A stretch of 32,000 nt of DNA from Sedimentisphaera cyanobacteriorum. GTDB lineage: Bacteria; Planctomycetota; Phycisphaerae; Sedimentisphaerales; Sedimentisphaeraceae. The notes below the pieces were generated by a model that saw only the letters and a list, made by a program, of their open reading frames with translations, was not told the DNA's origin and made no database searches. Both the position numbers and the translations under genes were made by a program. The stretch lies in contig NZ_CP019633.1 in assembly GCF_001997385.1 (NCBI RefSeq), forward strand, positions 1,110,001 to 1,142,000, given 5' to 3'. Below, one piece after another: positions 25,686 through 32,000 of the stretch (positions are counted from its first letter, which is position 1; every line of letters begins with the position of its first letter).

Positions 25686-27164
25686 TTATTCTACAGGCTC
25701 AAACAGGCATACCTTGTCGCCGGCGTCAAGCCCTTTTTCTATGCTTACAAAATCATCATCTGCCGGGCCTATCTCCACATAAACTACCTCGGGGCTGCCG
25801 TTTTCTGTTCTATATACGAACAACCGTCCGTCTTTCTCGAAAACAGCCTCTATCGGAACTGCCAGAACATCCTTGAGCCTTTGTGAGATAATCTTCGCCT
25901 GAACATTCATACCAGTAACCATACGTTCGTTTTTTTCCTCCTCGGGAACGGTGATTCTGGTTTCATATATCTTAGGTGATGCAGGATCCCAGCGGAGCTG
26001 GTTTACCGGCAGAGGAGATATATCCGAAACTTCACCCTTAACAGAAAGCCCCTGTATAGACTCCACAGTGATAACAGCCTCGTCTCCCATATTAACTCTG
26101 GAACGGTAAATCTCAGGAAGATCCATATCTATCATAAGCTGCGAGAGATCCGGTATGGTAAGCAGGACCTCTCCCCTTCGAACATCCATACCTTCAGTAG
26201 GCTCTTCATCCCGCCACCTGTCGTCTGTATCTCCATAAAGAACTACTCCATCCACGGGCGATGTAAGCTCCATCATAGAGAGATATTCCCTGTGGCGTTT
26301 GAGCTCTTTCTCGAGCCTTTGAATGTCGTTTTTATGCCTCTGGATCTGATTCTGCTTTTGGATCAAGCTTGAATCTGCGCGAACCTGAGTCTTTTTCAAA
26401 TCCAGCCTGCTCTGTTCAAGATTATTCTCCAGAGTTGTAATTCTGTTGCGGTAGGTGTATCTTTTGAAGATCTTATCATCAATCAGAACGTTTTCGTAAT
26501 TAATCTCTTCACGCTCGATTCTGCCTTTCAGCGTTTCGAGGTGGTCTTCCGCCTCGTTCTTTTCTTCCTGATTGTCATACACTGTTGACTGATGCTCTTC
26601 GTAGGCCTCCTCATAGGCCTGCTCAGCTTCATCCAGCGCTTCACGTGCATTCTCCACCTCAACAGTCTGCTCGTCTCTGAGCTTCGGGCCTTCAAGCCTC
26701 AAAAACTTCGAAAGCTCTTCTTCTGCGTCCGTAACTCTGTCACGTGCCTGCCTGAGATTTGCCTCATTCTCGCTTTTCTGAATTTCCAGCTCTTCCTTGG
26801 CAATGCTGAGCTCTTTTCTGGAATTCTCAAGCTGATTTTCATATTCATCAACCTGTGAGACAAGCTCTTCATCGTCAAATTTAACCAAAACCTCGCCTTC
26901 CTCAACCTCTGAATTTTCGTCGATAACCCAGCTAATCTGAGTTCGGTACGAAGCCTCGTATCTTATTTTATGGTTCTTAAGCGAGTTTACTGTGCCCGAC
27001 TCTTCCACCCCTATAACTATATCGCGGGGTTCAACGGTGAAGTATCGGTCGAGGTGGCTGGAATCTTTAGAGCTGCTGCTCTGTTTTTTTGCATCCTCGC
27101 AGCCAGACACTGAAATCAGCAAACCAGCTGCAAGAATTATTAAAGCAGTGGTTTTACGATTCAC
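25686..27164 (-). CDS. HlyD/MacA-type periplasmic adaptor (membrane fusion protein) with long coiled-coil hairpin
   Basis: Lipobox-like LISVSGC. A ~200-aa E/K/R/Q-rich heptad region is present. C-terminal beta-barrel/MP blocks: VLAVPIEAVFEKDGRLFVY ... VEIGPADDDFVSIEKGLDAGDKV. The GTG start overlaps the secretin stop (GTGA), with GGAGAG upstream. Confidence 0.85.
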   Translation of the reverse strand: MNRKTTALIILAAGLLISVSGCEDAKKQSSSSKDSSHLDRYFTVEPRDIVIGVEESGTVNSLKNHKIRYEASYRTQISWVIDENSEVEEGEVLVKFDDEELVSQVDEYENQLENSRKELSIAKEELEIQKSENEANLRQARDRVTDAEEELSKFLRLEGPKLRDEQTVEVENAREALDEAEQAYEEAYEEHQSTVYDNQEEKNEAEDHLETLKGRIEREEINYENVLIDDKIFKRYTYRNRITTLENNLEQSRLDLKKTQVRADSSLIQKQNQIQRHKNDIQRLEKELKRHREYLSMMELTSPVDGVVLYGDTDDRWRDEEPTEGMDVRRGEVLLTIPDLSQLMIDMDLPEIYRSRVNMGDEAVITVESIQGLSVKGEVSDISPLPVNQLRWDPASPKIYETRITVPEEEKNERMVTGMNVQAKIISQRLKDVLAVPIEAVFEKDGRLFVYRTENGSPEVVYVEIGPADDDFVSIEKGLDAGDKVCLFEPVE

Positions 27165-28384
27165 TTTTTCTCTCCGTTATCTTCTTCGATTTTTCTGTTC
27201 GGAAACAGTGCGTTTGAATTTCTGATCTGATCGCCGGTTTTTCTGATTGCCTCGGCCTGTTTTTCGATGTCAACAAAAGTGCCTACGGAATTCTGCACAA
27301 CTTTAACTTTCATCACAAAAATAAGCTGCTTGATTATCTTTGAATCATCCTTAGACCTGAAAAGCTCTCCAATAAGAGGCAGATCTCCGAAGAAAGGAAC
27401 TTTACTGTCCTGCTTGAGGTCTTCAGTTGAGTAAAGCCCGCCGAGCATAATAATCTCGCCGTCCTGAACGGTAAGCTCTGTTTCCACGTTCCTGATTGTT
27501 ATTACGGGCGTCTGGGTTTTGTTGAATTCTTCGTAACGTGTAACCGTGCTGACCTCGGGATTAACCTGAAGCTTTACGGTCTTTTCGTTGATTCTGGTGG
27601 GGGTTACCTCAAGGCGTATGCCCGTTCTTTTATACTTGATGTCGGTATTAACGGTGCTTCCGGTTGTGGAGGTTGACTGGATCGGAAGATCCTCACCAGT
27701 AACGATGTTGCCCCTTTTATTCAGCGATACCACAATATTCGGAGAAGAGAGGATTTCTGCATCATTGGCCTTCTTGAGCCAGTTTGCAAGATAATTGAAG
27801 GTATTGATCTGCCCTTCAACGCCTACAGAATAGGGCGAGAAATCCAGCATATCCGGTTTCTGCGTGTAGTTTGTATCCGGGTCTGCCCCCGGGGGACGAA
27901 GGGATTTGGATTCTTCATCGTAAACAAAGTTCAGCTGCTGACGGTAATCATCTCTGGCGGAAACCTCTATCACCTTGGCCTCAACGAGTATCTGAGGTAT
28001 AGGCACATCCATTGCAATAATCACCTCCCTGATCTGCTCGATCCGCTCGGTCGAATCACTGACGATTACCATATTCTTCTCTTCGCTCTCTTCGATAAGC
28101 CCGTTCCGGCTTATCGCTGCCTCAAGGCCGTCTGAAACCTCTTTGCAATCTGAATATCTGCACCTGTAAACAAGCGTTGAGAGCCCGTCTCCACCTTCTA
28201 CAACCTTTACATAAGGCTCTTCCTGGATCTCGGTAATATTCGCTTGAGGATTGATTTCTTCACTGAAGAGATTTTCAAGCTGCCTGATGACTTCCTTCTT
28301 GCCTTCTGCGGGTTCTTCGTTTGCAGCGAAGACAAAAGAAGAGCTAATGAATAAAGACAAAATCAAAATTCTAAAAAATTCCAT
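27161..28384 (-). CDS. Secretin-family outer-membrane channel protein (one N-domain + secretin core)
   Basis: Signal peptide MEFFRILILSLFISSSFVFA from the ATG at 28384 (GGGG RBS; alternative starts at 28423/28432). The Secretin_N-like block is VIVSDSTERIEQIREVIIAMDVPIPQILVEAKVIEVS. The secretin core is ILSSPNIVVSLNKRGNIVTGEDLPIQ...TGIRLEVTPTRI...VPFFGDLPLIGELFRSKDDSKIIKQLIFVMKVKVV. Confidence 0.8.
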   Translation of the reverse strand: MEFFRILILSLFISSSFVFAANEEPAEGKKEVIRQLENLFSEEINPQANITEIQEEPYVKVVEGGDGLSTLVYRCRYSDCKEVSDGLEAAISRNGLIEESEEKNMVIVSDSTERIEQIREVIIAMDVPIPQILVEAKVIEVSARDDYRQQLNFVYDEESKSLRPPGADPDTNYTQKPDMLDFSPYSVGVEGQINTFNYLANWLKKANDAEILSSPNIVVSLNKRGNIVTGEDLPIQSTSTTGSTVNTDIKYKRTGIRLEVTPTRINEKTVKLQVNPEVSTVTRYEEFNKTQTPVITIRNVETELTVQDGEIIMLGGLYSTEDLKQDSKVPFFGDLPLIGELFRSKDDSKIIKQLIFVMKVKVVQNSVGTFVDIEKQAEAIRKTGDQIRNSNALFPNRKIEEDNGEKK

Positions 28385-28481
28385 ATTTACCCCAAAATAA
28401 GTTTTTGTTTTTATTTTGCGCATTTGCTGCAATGAAAGTTTAGTACTAATTACCTAAATCTGCATATCTAGCAATATGCCG

Positions 28482-28511
28482 ATAATACTAAAAGATAAAA
28501 AAAACTTTCAA
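28482..28511 (-). promoter_or_regulatory. Candidate promoter of the secretin/ABC operon (TTGAAA-18 nt-TATTAT on minus strand)
   Basis: The reverse complement of 28506..28511 is TTGAAA, and of 28482..28487 is TATTAT. The 18-nt spacer is slightly long. The palindrome GCATAT-ctagca-ATATGC at 28462..28479 lies just downstream. Confidence 0.3.
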
Positions 28512-28518
28512 GCATTTT

Positions 28519-29460
28519 CTACCTTTTTGCTTTTATTTTAATCATAACGAGCAGCTGCTTGAATACACTTCTTACAATTCGGGCGAAACTGAAAGAAATT
28601 GGAATAGTTTGAGCCTTCTGAAAACCACACCCTGCAACCAGCTCGGGATTATCTCCAATTATATAAGACTGCTTACCCTTAAAATCAGGGTTTTGTTCGA
28701 GATAATATTTCACAAGAGGCAATTCTTCTATGCGGTAATCAAGCAGACGTGCGCAGGCGAGCTCGCAGCTGAGGGCAGAGCTGCCCGATAGAGTAATGCC
28801 GAGATTTCTGGCGTTTCCGTTTAGAGGCCCTCTTCCTTCCATGCATACAATCCCGTCTATAAGATTAAAGACGGGTGCAGTTTTTTCGTATATGCCCAGT
28901 ATTAGTGCGGCAAAATCTTCGCAGGTTTTCCCCCTTTTGAAGTGCCAGTAGGCCTTTCTCTTTCCGCAAACTGTTCCAAACATATTTTTGAATGCAATGG
29001 TTGCACCGAGCTGCTGATGCGCCTTTAGCTTTGGAAGATTTATAATTGCATCAGCTTCTAAAGCATCTTTTGAGATATTCACATCTATCTCGGCATAGGG
29101 CAGGCGGGTTTTAACAGAGCTGCCGAATGTTTTGATCTCAACACCGATTTCCCTGAGCTGCCCTGCTGCCCCGAGCACCTCAAGGCAGTGCTCAGCGTTA
29201 GACCAAGCGGGAGAATCTGCCACGCAAACCCGTGCTCCAAAATCTTTGAGAAGCTTAGCTGTTTCTACAATGAAAGCAGGGTGCGTCTGGCTTGGTCTTT
29301 CAGGGGGATGAGGCGCAATCAAGTTCGGCTTCAAAATCACCCTGTCTGAGCGGGAGATGAGCTTATCCAGCCCGCCGGCAAGTTCGAAATGCCTTGCGAT
29401 CGTTTCTCTCAGCTTATCGGGCTGATAGTCTTTGCAGTATATAAGCGATGCTGGTTTCAT
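28519..29460 (-). CDS. DUF362 domain protein
   Basis: 313 aa. RVILKPNLIAPHPPERPSQTHPAFIVE...ARVCVADSP and IVCMEGRGPLNG match the DUF362 pattern (v.iKPN...; ..meGnGP..G). The ATG overlaps the upstream stop (ATGA). Confidence 0.65.
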   Translation of the reverse strand: MKPASLIYCKDYQPDKLRETIARHFELAGGLDKLISRSDRVILKPNLIAPHPPERPSQTHPAFIVETAKLLKDFGARVCVADSPAWSNAEHCLEVLGAAGQLREIGVEIKTFGSSVKTRLPYAEIDVNISKDALEADAIINLPKLKAHQQLGATIAFKNMFGTVCGKRKAYWHFKRGKTCEDFAALILGIYEKTAPVFNLIDGIVCMEGRGPLNGNARNLGITLSGSSALSCELACARLLDYRIEELPLVKYYLEQNPDFKGKQSYIIGDNPELVAGCGFQKAQTIPISFSFARIVRSVFKQLLVMIKIKAKR

Positions 29461-30281
29461 AATACGGCAGTGCAGGCTATAACATAAAAATTGAATCTGG
29501 ATTCATCTTCCCTGTGCTGAAAGAGCTCTTTAGCAATGCTCTTATCCTGAAGAGGCAGGCTTTCAGGCATCATAACAATAAAACTTCCCCGCCTCATCCT
29601 GCAGCTTAATGCGCAGCTTTCGAATTCCGTTTTGCCGGCGTCTTTTAGCTTAGGGCGGATAATCTCCAGCGATTCAGCAAGGCCTGCCCCGTTGTCGAAA
29701 AAGGGCAGGAGAACAGCTATGTCGTTGCCGCCCCGCCGGATGGTAGAAAGGGTGATTCCGTATCTGCCTGAGCAGAGCTGCCTGTCTTGGGCAGTATTGG
29801 TTGAATCTACATAAATAACCGTTCTGAGCCCGTAAACTTCACGCAGATACACATCATCACTGCCCTCTTCATAAACCACAATATAAGTTTTGTTTTTAGA
29901 CTCAGCGCCGGCCTCTTTAACCGCATCCGAGAGAATCTTCAAATCTCTGCTTTCTCCGGCTTTGTAAAGCAGGCCGTTCTTTTCAGCACTCTCATTGATT
30001 TGGGTTTCGCTCTGAGCTTCAATCTCATTTACTGGTATTCGAAGCTTGGCGAAATTCATCTTTTCAGCGCTGTATGTTATCACTCTGTATCTAATCTGAG
30101 ACTGATTTCTCTGCTTGGGCTTAACATCAGCTGGGGTTTTCATTCGTGAGAAGTCTGTTATTTTCAGGCCTTCGTAATAGCCGGCCTGCCCTGCTTTCAT
30201 ACTCGGCATATTGCAGCCTGCAAGACCCGCCGAGATAAAAAAGGCAATCGATAAATGGATTAAGGCTTTATATATTCTCAT
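29457..30281 (-). CDS. Hypothetical lipoprotein
   Basis: MRIYKALIHLSIAFFISAGLAGC has a lipobox (LAGC). 274 aa, no family recognised. Confidence 0.6.
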   Translation of the reverse strand: MRIYKALIHLSIAFFISAGLAGCNMPSMKAGQAGYYEGLKITDFSRMKTPADVKPKQRNQSQIRYRVITYSAEKMNFAKLRIPVNEIEAQSETQINESAEKNGLLYKAGESRDLKILSDAVKEAGAESKNKTYIVVYEEGSDDVYLREVYGLRTVIYVDSTNTAQDRQLCSGRYGITLSTIRRGGNDIAVLLPFFDNGAGLAESLEIIRPKLKDAGKTEFESCALSCRMRRGSFIVMMPESLPLQDKSIAKELFQHREDESRFNFYVIACTAVL

Positions 30282-30307
30282 ATTTCAACAAGCCGCCCAT
30301 AAAAAGG

Positions 30308-31114
30308 CTATTGCTCTGCTGCTTGGATTTCTTCATTTTCTGCGCCTGTGATGATATTGCTCACCGCCTGTTCGGCAGGTTCATCGGTTAGTGCTCTGAT
30401 GTAAATAATATCAGTGCTCTCAGACTGCTCCGCCCATACCAGCGCATCGCGTATCAGTTCGAGAAGAGCCAGAAACATACCCGCCATAGACAGCCTGCTG
30501 GTACGTCCGTCGAATATGTGTTCAAAAGTAAGGGGGCCTTCCTGCTGGAGCCTGCCGAGAATTTCCACTTCATACTCGTCTATCGGTGTTTCATCCTTTA
30601 TCAGGCTGTAGTCTCTGTATCGTCCAGTGGCCTTGAGAAGAGAATCGAAGGTTTCCAGAAGCGTCCAAACGCTCACCTCTTCAAGATCGAGCTCACGCTC
30701 CTCGTCTGAGGGCTGGAGGCGCTTTATGAACGTATCGGGGCGTTTATGCTTGCCCAAATGCTCCTGAGCTCTTGTTTCGAGGATATTTGCTGCATCCTTG
30801 AACCTCTTATACTCCAAAAGCTGCTTTACGAGCTTGTTTCTCGGGTCTTCCTCTTCGCCCCCTTCCTCTTCCGGAACGGTTTTAGGAAGAAGCATAGCTG
30901 ATTTGATCTCCATAAGCGTTGCAGCCATAACAAGAAAATCGCCTGCAAGGTCGGTATCCAGCTTTTCAAGCATCTCCACATAATGCAGATACTGCTCTGT
31001 AACCTCTCTGATGGGTATGTCATAGATATCAACCTCATCCTTCTTTACAAGATAAAGAAGCAGGTCCATCGGACCGGTAAAGATATTTTCAAGCTCTATG
31101 TGATACTCAGCCAT
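30308..31114 (-). CDS. scpA: Segregation and condensation protein A (kleisin)
   Basis: N-terminal FTGPMDLLLYLVKKDEVDIYDIPIREVTEQYLHYVEML is the canonical ScpA block. 268 aa. Confidence 0.9.
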   Translation of the reverse strand: MAEYHIELENIFTGPMDLLLYLVKKDEVDIYDIPIREVTEQYLHYVEMLEKLDTDLAGDFLVMAATLMEIKSAMLLPKTVPEEEGGEEEDPRNKLVKQLLEYKRFKDAANILETRAQEHLGKHKRPDTFIKRLQPSDEERELDLEEVSVWTLLETFDSLLKATGRYRDYSLIKDETPIDEYEVEILGRLQQEGPLTFEHIFDGRTSRLSMAGMFLALLELIRDALVWAEQSESTDIIYIRALTDEPAEQAVSNIITGAENEEIQAAEQ

Positions 31115-31126
31115 AATTCAATTCTT

Positions 31127-32000
31127 TTAAGTTTCCAGCATGGAATAATCAAAACCGCTGAGCTCTATCATCTTATCAGGCATCTCAGGGGTTTGAGTTT
31201 TGCAGGATAAATATGCCGCCTCTATAACTGCCATAGTGTTTATAAGACCTCTTTCCCTTGTGTTTACCGCAGCAGATTTTTCGGCAGCATCATCATCAAT
31301 TTCAGCAGATTTCAGCAGTTTATGCACCACCCGCAGATTTTCCTCAATAGCCTGCTCACGAGAGGCTTCTGCGCTGGTCAGCTCTATCTCACTGCCGCTG
31401 ATATCGGTAATGCGGAAGATTTCAGGGCCTGCTGATATTTTCATATCGGGCAGATAAATGTCAATACGTTCTTTATGGGCAAACTCATTCCTTGCTGCGC
31501 AGAGCGTGCAGCCGAGTGTTTCGCTGAATTTAACTGTCATTGAAATGCAATCTTCTGTAACCATATTCCTCTGAACAATATCGCCTGCCATATTGCTTTT
31601 CAGTGCATACACCGTTTCAGGCAGAGAGAAAAGCTCCACAAGGATATTTATAACAGAAAAGCAATTTCGCAGAAGCACTCCCCCGCCTGCAAGTTCGGGG
31701 TCTTTGAGCCAGTGGCTTTCCTGCTCACTGCTGCCTGAGGGGAAAAAGCCTCTTGCCTCTATAAGACAAACCTTTTTCTTTAACTCTTTGTTTTCCGAAA
31801 AAAATTCCAGCAGTCTGCGGTATCCCGGATAATTTCGAAAAGGGCTTGTAGAGAAATAGAAGGCGTTATTATTCTGTGCTTCGCTTATGATGTTCGCTGC
31901 CTGCGAGAGAGAGAAAAACGGAGGCATCGTTCTCACCACAGAAAGCCCCTTCTGGAAAGCAAGCGTAATTATGCCTTCATGCGGGGCATGCTGGGAGGCA
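31127..32000 (-). CDS. Gfo/Idh/MocA-like oxidoreductase, C-terminal part; gene runs off the right edge
   Basis: The frame stays open upstream of the ORF-track GTG start. My translation of 31940..31999 gives ASQHAPHEGIITLAFQKGLSV, joining VRTMPPFFSLSQAANIISEAQ.... The layout resembles the end of the Rossmann domain plus the C-terminal domain of the Gfo/Idh/MocA family, but the usual EKP motif is not conserved. Confidence 0.5.
   Translation of the reverse strand, partial: ASQHAPHEGIITLAFQKGLSVVRTMPPFFSLSQAANIISEAQNNNAFYFSTSPFRNYPGYRRLLEFFSENKELKKKVCLIEARGFFPSGSSEQESHWLKDPELAGGGVLLRNCFSVINILVELFSLPETVYALKSNMAGDIVQRNMVTEDCISMTVKFSETLGCTLCAARNEFAHKERIDIYLPDMKISAGPEIFRITDISGSEIELTSAEASREQAIEENLRVVHKLLKSAEIDDDAAEKSAAVNTRERGLINTMAVIEAAYLSCKTQTPEMPDKMIELSGFDYSMLET

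Noticed and set aside
1-32000. Search for tRNA, rRNA, CRISPR arrays, IS elements, integrases and prophage genes
   Set aside because: The intergenic gaps are short (at most about 270 nt) and AT-rich, without cloverleaf-capable GC segments. I saw no spaced direct-repeat arrays and no transposase, integrase or phage-like translations in any listed ORF. A covariance-model scan was not possible.
15471-32000. Run of about 20 consecutive minus-strand genes
   Set aside because: This is consistent with ordinary replication-direction gene-strand bias and is not evidence of a single operon or island. It contains several clear intergenic gaps and unrelated functions.

Overview
This is a gene-dense bacterial chromosomal window of about 30 protein genes. 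I saw no rRNA, tRNA, CRISPR array, transposase or integrase. All calls come from reading the supplied translations, my own translation of the window edges, and motif recognition; no database search was possible.

The left half mixes housekeeping genes with secreted or envelope proteins of unknown role. The housekeeping genes are rpsO-pnp, yacG, an RluD-type pseudouridine synthase, a hotdog thioesterase, the class I fumarase alpha subunit and holA.

From 15471 to the right edge every gene is on the minus strand. In order these are an M48/HtpX-like protease, a solitary HigA-like HTH, LemA, a double zinc-ribbon protein and an ATP-grasp enzyme. A three-gene secreted-protein cluster follows: a PEP-CTERM protein, an H-X9-DG prepilin-type protein and a dockerin-like paralog. 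Next comes a Fur-family regulator overlapping a small Cys/His membrane protein. The remainder is a secretin + HlyD-type adaptor + ABC ATPase + MacB/FtsX permease operon, then DUF362, a lipoprotein, scpA and a partial Gfo/Idh/MocA-like gene.

The H-X9-DG pseudopilin, PEP-CTERM tag and dockerin-like modules suggest a PVC-group organism, possibly Planctomycetota/Phycisphaerae. This is inference only.

The most unusual feature is the secretin translationally coupled to a MacAB-type ABC pump with no TolC-like partner. Secondary points:
- paralogous secreted proteins carrying different C-terminal sorting tags
- a perfect 10-5-10 palindrome upstream of the Fur gene
- near-identical terminator modules flanking one secreted-protein gene
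- an orphan HigA wedged between lemA and the M48 protease
- an S55 peptidase / beta-propeller / orphan fumarase-alpha operon
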